Assembly: GCA_002269645.1 (NCBI GenBank)
Contig: NIVC01002076.1
Location: 7,847-71,846 of the forward strand
Source: Macrostomum lignano
Lineage: Eukaryota
Direction of reading: 5' to 3'
Length of the DNA stretch: 64,000 bases
The notes beneath the pieces are model-generated. The model did not search any database. It was not told the origin of the DNA and worked only from the letters and a program-made list of their open reading frames with translations. A program made the position numbers and the translations under genes. The stretch's first letter is position 1, and every line of letters starts with the position of its first letter. Positions 50,425-63,483 of this stretch are shown one piece after another.

Positions 50425-53400
50425 ACACAATGTTGATTTTCGGATTCATTTTCCTTTTACTAGCCAAGCGAGCTACACTACCCGAAAAGAGAGAAGTTAT
50501 TTTTGGAGTGGACATCACCTCCGTCGAGATTTAAAAATTGAGCCACCCGATTGGGCAGGTCAATTGGACTGCGCGAGACAACCCCAGAACGCCGCCCAGT
50601 AATGTGCCAGAGACTGTATCGGTGTATTAAAGTGTACCACTTGAAAATTGTGTTAAAATAGTATAAAAACTGTAAAATTCAGAAGTAGTATCACGCTTTC
50701 AAAATGCATTTTTCCAGAATTACGAATTTGTAAAAAATGTAAAAATTAATCATAAGACGCAATTACTGGAAATGTAATGAATAAAAATTATATTACAATC
50801 AATAAAGAGTATATTGTGTTATTATACTATTGTTTATTGAATATTATGCCCTGCTCGTCGAAATTTTTCTCAAAGTCAAATCCTTTTTCCTCGGTTGACC
50901 AATTCGCTTGTGGTCTTCTGCCATCAGTGTCACAAACACGTAGCAGAATAGGACACGTTTTTTTCGGCTTCAGAAGCGGTCAATACATGTTTTGTGTACG
51001 AAAATGTATTAGTAAGATGTATCACCCGTGACACAACGTAAGGCTCAAAAATACCTCTTCACAAGAGCCTTAACCTTTTTTTTTAGCCTTTTCCTTGAGA
51101 GCATTTTCCTTAAAGGCAGATAATACCCGTCGATAGGTATTTGTACCCATATTTTTATGCATTTTAAGGCTTCCGTGTACTCGCGTGTAGAAGTTGTCAC
51201 GGGTGATGTTGGTAAACTGTATAATTCAAATTCCATTCTAGCTAGCTATTAAAATAATTAGCCTGCGTCAGGATTAGCAAAAATTTAAAGGGCTAGTGAC
51301 CAATGTAGCTAGTTCTAGTCTAGGAAGTTGCGCATCTTACCTAGCTATCTTATTCTTGGTCTAATCGGCTAGGCCTATGCTATGCTGTTCGACCTAAATA
51401 TTAAATTTTACTACTATTGCCATTTTGTTACAGATTTATTTAGGACCTACTGTTCTACCAATGTCAATGGCAATAGATTAAATTTAAAACTACCTAGGCA
51501 GCTAGGCCTAGTAATTTTGCATTTAGTAATACAAAGCCTACTGTTTCACTGATTATTTTCTTCTATTGACTAGTAGCCCTAAATCTAAAATATTTTCTTT
51601 TCTTTTGTGTTATAAGGCCTAGCCTTTACCTTTATGTTATATTATTAAAATGTTCTTTTGACTTAATAATAGTATTAATAAGCATCTTTTTTCTTTCTTG
51701 GATGTAAAGTTAATTTGGTCCTTCTTTGATTTAATTTAATTAGCTTATATTTTATACAATTTACTAAGGCTATAGGAATGGAAGTATTATAATATTTATA
51801 TTAATTTTTTCTAACAAATATTATAAATCTGTTTTATAAGCATCAAAAATGGAAATATAAAACAAGATAATATAGAGCACATTCTATATTGAAATATTAT
51901 GCACATTTTTTAAATATTTTGATAAATAAGATTTCTCCACAAAATTAAAAAATATTTTAGAAATTAGATTATAAACTTAAAGCCATAAACCATAGACTGG
52001 CAACTAGTTATTTACTACCATTATAAAGTAAGTCATGATATCTATCTAGTAGTCATGACCTTTTCTTCCTCTCTAACCTCTATCTATATCCTGTTCTTCT
52101 TTCTAGACCTATTTTCTTTTTGAAAAATTTACCTCCTCTTCCTTCCAATATTACTCCTTTCTTTATTTTAGCCCCATCATGTCTTCCCCTTGAATCCTTA
52201 TTCTCTCCTCTTCACTACCTACCTTCTCTTTTCTAGTTCTTACTTTCCTCATTTCTAGCCCTTACTCTCTTCTCCTCTCCAGCCTAACCCTCCTAGCCTC
52301 ACCTCTTCCTCCAGCCCCACCTAAACCTCTTTGAACCTCTAGCCCCATCTTTTTTTCTTTCCAGCCCTATCCTCCTCCACTCTAGTCTCATCCTACCTTC
52401 CAGTCTTATCCTTCTTTCTAGCCTCACCCTCCTCCCTTTCAAGCCCTACCCTCCTTCCCTGCACCACCACCCTCCTTCTCTCCAGCCCTACCCTCCCTCC
52501 CTGCAACACTACCCTCCTTCCCTCCAGCCCTATCCTCCCTCCCTGCTACCCTGCTTTCCTTCTAGCCCTACCTTTTTCCCCTACTACCCCGCATTCCCCT
52601 CCAGCTTCCATCTTCTATCCTCTAGCCCAACCCTTCAGCCCTATCCTTCCCTCTAACCCTACCCCCTTTCCCTCCAGCCCTACCCTCCTTCTCTGCAGCA
52701 CCACCCTCCTACCCTCTAGCCCCACCCTCCTTCTCTCTAGCCCACCCTCCTTCCCTCTAGCCCACCCTCCTTCCCTCTAGCCCTACCCTCCTTCCCTCTA
52801 GCCCTACCCTCCTTTCCTCCAGCCCCACTCTCCTTCCCTCCAGCCCCACTCTCCTTCCCTCCAGCCCCACCCTCCTTCCCTCCAGCCCGACTCTCCTTCC
52901 CTCAAGCCCTGCCCTCTTCCCCTACTGCCCCACGCTCCCCTCCAGCTTCCATCCTCTTCTACCCTCTAGCCCCACCCTCTTACCCTTCAGCCCCATCCTT
53001 CCCTCTAACCCTACCCCCTTTCCCTCCAGCCCTACCCTCCTTCCCTCCAGCCCTACCCTCCTTCCCTCCAGCCCCACTCTCCTTCCCTCCATCCCCACCC
53101 TCCTTCCCTCTAGCCCTGCCCTCCTCCTCGACTTTCCACCCTCCCTTCCAGCTTCCACCCTCTCCTCCCTCCAGGACCCACCCTCCCTCCTTCTAGCCCT
53201 ACCCTCCTTCCCTCCAGCCCCACTCGCCTTCCCTCTAGCCCACCCTCCTTCCCTCTAGCCCTACCCTCCTTCCCTCCAGCCCCACTCTCCTTCCCTCCAG
53301 CCCCACCCTCCTTCCCTCCAGCCCGACACTCCTTCCCTCCAGCCCCACTCTCCTTCCCTCAAGCCCCGCCCTCTTCCTTTACTGCCCCACGCTCCCCTCC

Positions 53401-54364
53401 AGCTTCCATCCTCTTCCACCCTCTAGCCCCACCCTCTTACCCTTCCACCCCATCCTTCCCTCTAACCCTACCCCCTTTCCCTCCAGCCCCACTCGCCTTA
53501 GCTCCAGCCCCACCCTCCCTCCCTCTAGCCCTACCCTCCTTCCCTCCAGCCACACCCTCCTTCCCTCCAGCCCTGCTCTCCTTTCCTCTAGCCCCACTCT
53601 CCTTCCCTCCAGCCCCACTCTCCTTCCCTCCAGCCCCACCCTCCTTCCCTCCAGCCACACCCTCCTTCCCTCCAGCCCTGCTCTCCTTTCCTCTAGCCCC
53701 ACTCTCCTTCCCTCCAGCCCCACTCTCCTTCCCTCCAGCCCCACCCTCCTTCCCTCCAGCCCTACCCTCCTTCTCTGCAGCACCACCCTCCTTCCCTCCA
53801 GCCCGACTCTCCTTCCCTCAAGCCCCGCCCTCTTCCCCTACTGCCCCACGCTCCCCTCCAGCTTCCATCCTCTTCTACCCTCTAGCCCCACCCTCTTACC
53901 CTTTAGCCCCATCCTTCCTTCCAGCACCACCGCCTTCTTTCCCCAACCCCAACCTCTCCTCCCCTCGAGTGCTCAGCCTCTCCTCCCCTCAAGTGCTCAG
54001 CCTCTCCTCCCCTCGAGTGCTCAGCCTCTCCTCCCCTCAAGTGCTCAGCCTCTCCTCCCCTCCAGCCTCACCCTCTCCTCCCCCAGCATGAACATCTTCG
54101 CCCCTACTGGCCCACCCTTCGCCCCTGCAGTCCCCACCCTATTCTCCTTTTCAGCCTCACCCTTTTTTCGTAGCTTTGTTAATTAAATTTAATTATCCGT
54201 TTTAGAAGTAAAAACGAATATTTCTCCTTCCTCTCTTCAGAATCTCCTCGATGGGGAGAAAAAGATAAGGCCAAGGCAAAACCTAACAATAGCAAACCAA
54301 GCAATGGAGACAATGCTACGGAGGGCCCTGCCAACAGGATGAGTACGGCTTTCTACTTCCTACC

Positions 54365-54894
54365 GAACAAACAGCCGCCAATCGGAGAAGCGGCTGTCAC
54401 TCCTGGGTTACGCCGACGACCTGGCGCTGCCCGCCTCTACGGCTGAGGGAGCCCCAGCGCATGCTAGACAGCCTGGTGGCAGCTGCGGCATCGGTCGGGC
54501 ATCAACACCGAGAAGACGAGGTGATGACTGTACCCGCGGAGCTGCCTATCAAAATCACCTGCTGGGACGCCCGACGGTTGTGCAGCAGCTCTACCTCGTT
54601 GCACCCTCGCTGCGACTACCCAGCGAGACCTTCCGCAGGCGAAGACTTCAGCTGGTGGGCCACACCATCCGCGTGGAGGCCTACTGTTCTCAACCATTGA
54701 ACCAGTGCAGGACGTCCTGCTGCTCACGATGCAGGGCCCCTGGCGCCGGGATTACGGCCGGGCGGGTCGCTACGCGGATTGCCTGCTGGATGACGCTGGG
54801 TGATCGGCCAGGCGCACGCTGTTGTCGCTTTCAGAGAGTTAGCACTGAAAGAACTGATCTGACACTGCCTCCCATTGTGAACTGTTACTCTTAA
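54365..54894 (+). mobile_element. RTE-like RT remnant, copy 2
   Basis: TAC GCC GAC GAC (YADD) at 54409-54420; frameshifted. Confidence 0.8.
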
Positions 54895-55800
54895 CTCAAC
54901 CTTGCCTTGTTGTTTTCTCTTCAGAATAATTTGCCCAGCTGCAAACTGTGATGGTGCATATCTCGTACTCGCGATTAAAAAATCTTATACTTCTTACTGT
55001 TTCACTGATTTAATTCCGAACCAACCAGGAAAACAAATTTATTTTTAATTCCGTGCATTTTTCTTGTGCTTTACTTTTACTGATCGGTGTTAGTGCTATT
55101 TATTGTGTGTAATATTATCGAAAAATTCAATTTCCGATGTCATTATTTAGGAACTTCCGCTGTGCTGTATTAAAACTATATAGTACTTCCGCATGCACTG
55201 ACGTAGCATTGCGCCAATAATTTTACATTGCGTGACGCAGGCGCCTAAACCAATCTTTTGTTGAATGCTACTAGCATAATAATCCTTTGAAATACATTGT
55301 ATTGCTATACTGCATTGCTTTTGATGATCTAAACGAGACTAGCTAGACTCCTCACTGATCCATACGAGTATGCTCCTCAGTCCTCAAGCGAACTACGAGT
55401 ATATGGAAACGAGAGCAGATTGAGCTAGCAGCAAACTTAGTATTTGATCTTCGGATCACGGATAGAATCAAGAAAATGTAGATCTGGCACTTACACAAAA
55501 GTCCTTGATTTAATGGAATACAGCAATTTTCAATCTGTCACTTTTTCAACTTCAACTTTTTTAAATTTGGATTGGCGCAAGTCTCCTTTACATCGTCAAA
55601 AGCAATACTGGTTCCAATCCAAGAGAATGATTTGTTGATAACTGTATTTCACTCTTTGAGCTGAACGCTGTGTTTGACCATTATTTTGTTGGTGTACAGC
55701 GTGCAACAGATCGCATGAATTGGTAAATTTCCTTTCATGCGCTCCTTTCATCCTATAATTCTGGTAGGGGGCGCTGCTGTTGCAAAGAGCGGCGGTGGAT

Positions 55801-57360
55801 AGCGGAGCTGTTGCAGGAGCTGCGGCAGATAGCGGAGCTGTTGCAGGAGCTGCGGCAGATAGCGGAGCTGTTGCAGGAGCTGCGGCAGATAGCGGAGCTG
55901 TTGCAGGAGCTGCGGCAGATAGCGGAGCTGTTGCAGGAGCTGCGGCAGATAGCGGAGCTGTTGCAGGAGCTGCGGCAGATAGCGGAGCTGTTGCAGGAGC
56001 TGCGGCAGATAGCGGAGCTGTTGCAGGAGCTGCGGCAGATAGCGGAGCTGTTGCAGGAGCTGCGGCAGATAGCGGAGCTGTTGCAGGAGCTGCGGCAGAT
56101 AGCGGAGCTGTTACAGGAGCTGCGGCAGATAGCGGAGCTGTTACAGGAGCTGCGGCAGATAGCGGAGCTGTTGCAGGAGCTGCGGCAGATAGCGGAGCTG
56201 TTGCAGGAGCTGCGGCAGATAGCGGAGCTGTTGCAGGAGCTGCGGCAGATAGCGGAGCTGTTACAGGAGCTGCGGCAGATAGCGGAGCTGTTACAGGAGC
56301 TGCGGCAGATAGCGGAGCTGTTACAGGAGCTGCGGCAGATAGCGGAGCTGTTGCAGGAGCTGCGGCAGATAGCGGAGCTGTTACAGGAGCTGCGGCAGAT
56401 AGCGGAGCTGTTACAGGAGCTGCGGCAGATAGCGGAGCTGTTGCAGGAGCTGCGGCAGATAGCGGAGCTGTTGCAGGAGCTGCGGCAGATAGCGGAGCTG
56501 TTACAGGAGCTGCGGCAGATAGCGGAGCTGTTACAGGAGCTGCGGCAGATAGCGGAGCTGTTACAGGAGCTGCGGCAGATAGCGGAGCTGTTACAGGAGC
56601 TGCGGCAGATAGCGGAGCTGTTACAGGAGCTGCGGCAGATAGCGGAGCTGTTACAGGAGCTGCGGCAGATAGCGGAGCTGTTGCAGGAGCTGCGGCAGAT
56701 AGCGGAGCTGTTGCAGGAGCTGCGGCAGATAGCGGAGCTGTTGCAGGAGCTGCGGCAGATAGCGGAGCTGTTACAGGAGCTGCGGCAGATAGCGGAGCTG
56801 TTACAGGAGCTGCGGCAGATAGCGGAGCTGTTACAGGAGCTGCGGCAGATAGCGGAGCTGTTGCAGGAGCTGCGGCAGATAGCGGAGCTGTTGCAGGAGC
56901 TGCGGCAGATAGCGGAGCTGTTGCAGGAGCTGCGGCAGATAGCGGAGCTGTTGCAGGAGCTGCGGCAGATAGCGGAGCTGTTGCAGGAGCTGCGGCAGAT
57001 AGCGGAGCTGTTACAGGAGCTGCGGCAGATAGCGGAGCTGTTGCAGGAGCTGCGGCAGATAGCGGAGCTGTTGCAGGAGCTGCGGCAGATAGCGGAGCTG
57101 TTGCAGGAGCTGCGGCAGATAGCGGAGCTGTTGCAGGAGCTGCGGCAGATAGCGGAGCTGTTGCAGGAGCTGCGGCAGATAGCGGAGCTGTTGCAGGAGC
57201 TGCGGCAGATAGCGGAGCTGTTGCAGGAGCTGCGGCAGATAGCGGAGCTGTTACAGGAGCTGCGGCAGATAGCGGAGCTGTTACAGGAGCTGCGGCAGAT
57301 AGCGGAGCTGTTACAGGAGCTGCGGCAGATAGCGGAGCTGTTACAGGAGCGGCGGCAGAT
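55801..57360. repeat. 30-bp minisatellite, 52 units (inverted copy)
   Basis: AGCGGAGCTGTT(G/A)CAGGAGCTGCGGCAGAT; 21 units carry the A variant by my count. Confidence 0.98.
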
Positions 57361-58514
57361 AGCAGATTTACTCGTATCCCAAAAATATTCGCCTTTAAAA
57401 TTGCATACAGTGTTTGAAAAAATCAATTGTGGAGTTTTAGATGCTTGAATCAATTTTGCTTAAGCCAGTGGCGTTTGCCGTACATGCCGTTCAATCTTTT
57501 TGTACATAAGGCCAAGCATAATTCTCAAATGGTAGATTTATCGCTTGGTTTCAAGTGCGTTAAGTCCTGTCACGAGTGCGCATAGCCTCCTCGCCTGTGT
57601 GGAGTTTTATTAGCCATTGATGAGGCTCCATGACCAGTAGCGCACTTGATCCAGTAATCTTTACGCACGAATTAAGGAATCTTAAAAACGAATAACCAAT
57701 TAAGAAATTTATTTGCGAAGCTGTTTTCTGATTTAGACAAGCGTATAGACATTTAGAGGAATTGGAACTTACCATACTGCTAAGGAAAGGGAAAACAGCT
57801 TGTCTGCATGGAGTTCTCACAGGAAGCTGGAGTTTTACCATAAGACTATAAGAGATATACATGTAAAGAGACGAAGAGTGGGGACTAAAATTTTGAGTTG
57901 GTCCAGGAAGAAGAGGTGACGAGAAGGACGACAAGAGCTGAAAATGTCTCTAACCACTACAGATCGACTAAGGCTTTAGACTGGCATGGAGTGACGGCGC
58001 TGGTTGATGAGCACTGGCTGTCTCCGGCGATTTTTTGACGAAGATCACAGGCAAACAATTCAAATAGACTTTTGGATTACCGGAGATTGATGGAGCTGGC
58101 TAAGAAGAAGCTGTACTGGTGGAGTTGACAAGAATATTTGCGCTCAGTAACTCGAGAAGACCAGCTGAATTGAAGGGACAAAGCGAGAAGATCGTTCTTT
58201 ATTTGGGCCTCTTTTGGAAGCTTGCTTCTGCGCACATACAGCCATGACCTGACCTGAAGGACCTGACAAGATGTAAGAAAGGTCTACTAGCTACATTTAG
58301 ATGCCGGCGTCAAATTTCTCTACATAACAGCACCAACGGAACCTTGTTCCAGATAATGACCTGTGCCCCAACATTCTCAATGAGTGCCAGTCCAATCGCG
58401 TCTCCACCGAAGGAATTGCCAATCTGAGATAACGCTACACTCCCGTAGCTATCGTATCACGCGATATATCCTCAATGACCACTGCTGGAACCCTGGGTGA
58501 GCTCCACTGCTACC

Positions 58515-58823
58515 TGCACTGACGGTTCAAAGCAGTCAATCAACACCGGCTTTGATGTTGGGATCTTTCTGAACGGGAGGGTTTCGCAACCAACGCTCAG
58601 TACACTGAGGTCAACTCCAGTGTTTTCCAAAATGAATTAGTTCTCGCCATCAGCTCCTGCACTGCAGAGCTTCTCGCCACTGGCGTAACCGGTAAGAGCA
58701 TAACCGAAACCGGCCTTGTAGACTTGGCATGGCATCTGTGGCTGCAGCGTCAATTCTAAAACATTCCTTGACATGTTGGGTTCCACCAACGAATTTACTC
58801 TTCACTGGGTTCCGGGGCATGTG
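58515..58823 (+). pseudogene. Degenerate retroelement RNase H domain
   Basis: CTDGSK (58515), SVFQNELVLAI (58619) and FTLHWVPGHV (to 58823) appear in the correct order with frameshifts between them. Confidence 0.7.
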
Positions 58824-59159
58824 CAGGAGCGGTGGAAGATAGCAGAGCTGTTGCAAGGAGCTGCAGCGGTGGTAGATAGTGGAGCATGGCCGGCAGGGCG
58901 GGAGCGAAGAGTAGAAGTGGCAGGCTGCAGAAGCTTTTTGTTGTTTTGCATGGCTGCTAAACATGTAAATGCTGAAGTTAATTATGATAAATTGAGTACA
59001 TGTGCGTGTGAGATGTGCTTTTTATTAGCCATAAACGGTATGCAGTATGTACAGTACAGCTACATTAGCATACATATATATTGTAGTTCAATAACATTTT
59101 GACTCAAACGAGTCCGGCGTTCGAGTCACGACGATGTGCCATTTTTTTAATTTATTTAG

Positions 59160-59318
59160 TCTCCAGACCACAAGTCCTCAAGGATACGGTACAGCTGATC
59201 AAGGGAAGCTGGCTGCTGCCTCTGGATGTCCCACTCGACCCAGTTCCATATATTCTATATCGGATTGAGGTCTGGTGACTGTGCTGGCCAGTCCATGGTG
59301 CGAATGTTGTTCTCAGCT
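59160..59318 (-). mobile_element. Tc1/mariner transposase C-terminal remnant
   Basis: Minus strand AENNIRTMDWPAQSPDLNPI*N (WPxxSPDLNPIE motif, with E now a stop), then ..PASLDQLYRILEDLW. Confidence 0.75.
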
Positions 59319-59550
59319 ATGCTCGGCTATGCGCACTCGTGACAGGACTTAACGCACTTGAAACCAAGCGATAAATCTACCATTTGAGAATTATGCTTGG
59401 CCTTATGTACAAAAAGATTGAACGGCATGTACGGCAAACGCCACTGGCTTAAGCAAAATTGATTCAAGCATCTAAAACTCCACAATTGATTTTTTCAAAC
59501 ACTGTATGCAATTTTAAAGGCGAATATTTTTGGGATACGAGTAAATCTGC

Positions 59551-62500
59551 TATCTGCCGCAGCTCCTGTAACAGCTCCGCTATCTGCCGCAGCTCCTGCA
59601 ACAGCTCCGCTATCTGCCGCAGCTCCTGCAACAGCTCCGCTATCTGCCGCAGCTCCTGCAACAGCTCCGCTATCTGCCGCAGCTCCTGCAACAGCTCCGC
59701 TATCTGCCGCAGCTCCTGCAACAGCTCCGCTATCTGCCGCAGCTCCTGCAACAGCTCCGCTATCTGCCGCAGCTCCTGCAACAGCTCCGCTATCTGCCGC
59801 AGCTCCTGCAACAGCTCCGCTATCTGCCGCAGCTCCTGCAACAGCTCCGCTATCTGCCGCAGCTCCTGCAACAGCTCCGCTATCTGCCGCAGCTCCTGCA
59901 ACAGCTCCGCTATCTGCCGCAGCTCCTGCAACAGCTCCGCTATCTGCCGCAGCTCCTGCAACAGCTCCGCTATCTGCCGCAGCTCCTGCAACAGCTCCGC
60001 TATCTGCCGCAGCTCCTGCAACAGCTCCGCTATCTGCCGCAGCTCCTGCAACAGCTCCGCTATCTGCCGCAGCTCCTGCAACAGCTCCGCTATCTGCCGC
60101 AGCTCCTGCAACAGCTCCGCTATCTGCCGCAGCTCCTGCAACAGCTCCGCTATCTGCCGCAGCTCCTGCAACAGCTCCGCTATCTGCCGCAGCTCCTGCA
60201 ACAGCTCCGCTATCTGCCGCAGCTCCTGCAACAGCTCCGCTATCTGCCGCAGCTCCTGCAACAGCTCCGCTATCTGCCGCAGCTCCTGCAACAGCTCCGC
60301 TATCTGCCGCAGCTCCTGCAACAGCTCCGCTATCTGCCGCAGCTCCTGCAACAGCTCCGCTATCTGCCGCAGCTCCTGCAACAGCTCCGCTATCTGCCGC
60401 AGCTCCTGCAACAGCTCCGCTATCTGCCGCAGCTCCTGCAACAGCTCCGCTATCTGCCGCAGCTCCTGCAACAGCTCCGCTATCTGCCGCAGCTCCTGCA
60501 ACAGCTCCGCTATCTGCCGCAGCTCCTGCAACAGCTCCGCTATCTGCCGCAGCTCCTGCAACAGCTCCGCTATCTGCCGCAGCTCCTGCAACAGCTCCGC
60601 TATCTGCCGCAGCTCCTGCAACAGCTCCGCTATCTGCCGCAGCTCCTGCAACAGCTCCGCTATCTGCCGCAGCTCCTGCAACAGCTCCGCTATCTGCCGC
60701 AGCTCCTGCAACAGCTCCGCTATCTGCCGCAGCTCCTGCAACAGCTCCGCTATCTGCCGCAGCTCCTGCAACAGCTCCGCTATCTGCCGCAGCTCCTGCA
60801 ACAGCTCCGCTATCTGCCGCAGCTCCTGCAACAGCTCCGCTATCTGCCGCAGCTCCTGCAACAGCTCCGCTATCTGCCGCAGCTCCTGCAACAGCTCCGC
60901 TATCTGCCGCAGCTCCTGCAACAGCTCCGCTATCTGCCGCAGCTCCTGCAACAGCTCCGCTATCTGCCGCAGCTCCTGCAACAGCTCCGCTATCTGCCGC
61001 AGCTCCTGCAACAGCTCCGCTATCTGCCGCAGCTCCTGCAACAGCTCCGCTATCTGCCGCAGCTCCTGCAACAGCTCCGCTATCTGCCGCAGCTCCTGCA
61101 ACAGCTCCGCTATCTGCCGCAGCTCCTGCAACAGCTCCGCTATCTGCCGCAGCTCCTGCAACAGCTCCGCTATCTGCCGCAGCTCCTGCAACAGCTCCGC
61201 TATCTGCCGCAGCTCCTGCAACAGCTCCGCTATCTGCCGCAGCTCCTGCAACAGCTCCGCTATCTGCCGCAGCTCCTGCAACAGCTCCGCTATCTGCCGC
61301 AGCTCCTGCAACAGCTCCGCTATCTGCCGCAGCTCCTGCAACAGCTCCGCTATCTGCCGCAGCTCCTGCAACAGCTCCGCTATCTGCCGCAGCTCCTGCA
61401 ACAGCTCCGCTATCTGCCGCAGCTCCTGCAACAGCTCCGCTATCTGCCGCAGCTCCTGCAACAGCTCCGCTATCTGCCGCAGCTCCTGCAACAGCTCCGC
61501 TATCTGCCGCAGCTCCTGCAACAGCTCCGCTATCTGCCGCAGCTCCTGCAACAGCTCCGCTATCTGCCGCAGCTCCTGCAACAGCTCCGCTATCTGCCGC
61601 AGCTCCTGCAACAGCTCCGCTATCTGCCGCAGCTCCTGCAACAGCTCCGCTATCTGCCGCAGCTCCTGCAACAGCTCCGCTATCTGCCGCAGCTCCTGCA
61701 ACAGCTCCGCTATCTGCCGCAGCTCCTGCAACAGCTCCGCTATCTGCCGCAGCTCCTGCAACAGCTCCGCTATCTGCCGCAGCTCCTGCAACAGCTCCGC
61801 TATCTGCCGCAGCTCCTGCAACAGCTCCGCTATCTGCCGCAGCTCCTGCAACAGCTCCGCTATCTGCCGCAGCTCCTGCAACAGCTCCGCTATCTGCCGC
61901 AGCTCCTGCAACAGCTCCGCTATCTGCCGCAGCTCCTGCAACAGCTCCGCTATCTGCCGCAGCTCCTGCAACAGCTCCGCTATCTGCCGCAGCTCCTGCA
62001 ACAGCTCCGCTATCTGCCGCAGCTCCTGCAACAGCTCCGCTATCTGCCGCAGCTCCTGCAACAGCTCCGCTATCTGCCGCAGCTCCTGCAACAGCTCCGC
62101 TATCTGCCGCAGCTCCTGCAACAGCTCCGCTATCTGCCGCAGCTCCTGCAACAGCTCCGCTATCTGCCGCAGCTCCTGCAACAGCTCCGCTATCTGCCGC
62201 AGCTCCTGCAACAGCTCCGCTATCTGCCGCAGCTCCTGCAACAGCTCCGCTATCTGCCGCAGCTCCTGCAACAGCTCCGCTATCTGCCGCAGCTCCTGCA
62301 ACAGCTCCGCTATCTGCCGCAGCTCCTGCAACAGCTCCGCTATCTGCCGCAGCTCCTGCAACAGCTCCGCTATCTGCCGCAGCTCCTGCAACAGCTCCGC
62401 TATCTGCCGCAGCTCCTGCAACAGCTCCGCTATCTGCCGCAGCTCCTGCAACAGCTCCGCTATCTGCCGCAGCTCCTGCAACAGCTCCGCTATCTGCCGC

Positions 62501-62580
62501 AGCTCCTGCAACAGCTCCGCTATCTGCCGCAGCTCCTGCAACAGCTCCGCTATCTGCCGCAGCTCCTGCAACAGCTCCGC
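59551..62580. repeat. 30-bp minisatellite, 101 units
   Basis: Homogeneous except for the first unit (TGTAAC). Confidence 0.98.
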
Positions 62581-63483
62581 TATCCACCGCCGCTCTTTGC
62601 AACAGCAGCGCCCCTACCAGAATTATAGGATGAAAGGAGCGCATGAAAGGAAATTTACCAATTCATGCGATCTGTTGCACGCTGTACACCAACAAAATAA
62701 TGGTCAAACACAGCGTTCAGCTCAAAGAGTGAAATACAGTTATCAACAAATCATTCTCTTGGATTGGAACCAGTATTGCTTTTGACGATGTAAAGGAGAC
62801 TTGCGCCAATCCAAATTTAAAAAAGTTGAAGTTGAAAAAGTGACAGATTGAAAATTGCTGTATTCCATTAAATCAAGGACTTTTGTGTAAGTGCCAGATC
62901 TACATTTCTTGATTCTATCCGTGATCCGAAGATCAAATACTAAGTTTGCTGCTAGCTCAATCTGCTCTCGTTTCCATATACTCGTAGTTCGCTTGAGGAC
63001 TGAGGAGCATACTCGTATGGATCAGTGAGGAGTCTAGCTAGTCTCGTTTAGATCATCAAAAGCAATGCAGTATAGCAATACAATGTATTTCAAAGGATTA
63101 TTATGCTAGTAGCATTCAACAAAAAGATTGGTTTAGGCGCCTGCGTCACGCAATGTAAATTATTGGCGCAATGCTACGTCAGTGCATGCGGAAGTACTAT
63201 ATAGTTTTAATACAGCACAGCGGAAGTTCCTAAATAATGACATCGGAAATTGAATTTTTCGATAATATTACACACAATAAATAGCACTAACACGATCAGT
63301 AAAAGTAAAGCACAAGAAAATGCACGGAATTAAAAATAAATTTGTTTTCCTGGTTGGTTCGGAATTAAATCAGTGAAACAGTAAGAAGTATAAGATTTTT
63401 TAATCGCGAGTACGAGATATGCACCATCACTTGTTTGCAGCTGGGCAAATTATTCTGAAGAGAAAACAACAAGCAAGGTTGAG

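Larger units (their letters stand above)
50035..50450. mobile_element. Inverted pair of Penelope-like pseudo-LTR segments (153-bp arms 50035-50187 and 50298-50450)
   Basis: The arms are reverse complements and each carries a hammerhead core. Inverted pLTRs with HHRs are an established feature of Penelope-like elements. Confidence 0.7.
50921..57587 (-). repeat. Segmental block E, copy 2 (inverted, complete)
   Basis: Reverse complement of 1-6814 and of 59325 onward; boundaries CCATCAGTGTC (50921) and GCGCATAGCC (57587). Confidence 0.95.

Noticed and set aside
55753-62785. Very long ORFs (545-1108 aa) in the 30-bp arrays as genes
   Set aside because: They are by-products of a stop-free 30-mer, mostly starting at non-ATG codons, with no domain content.
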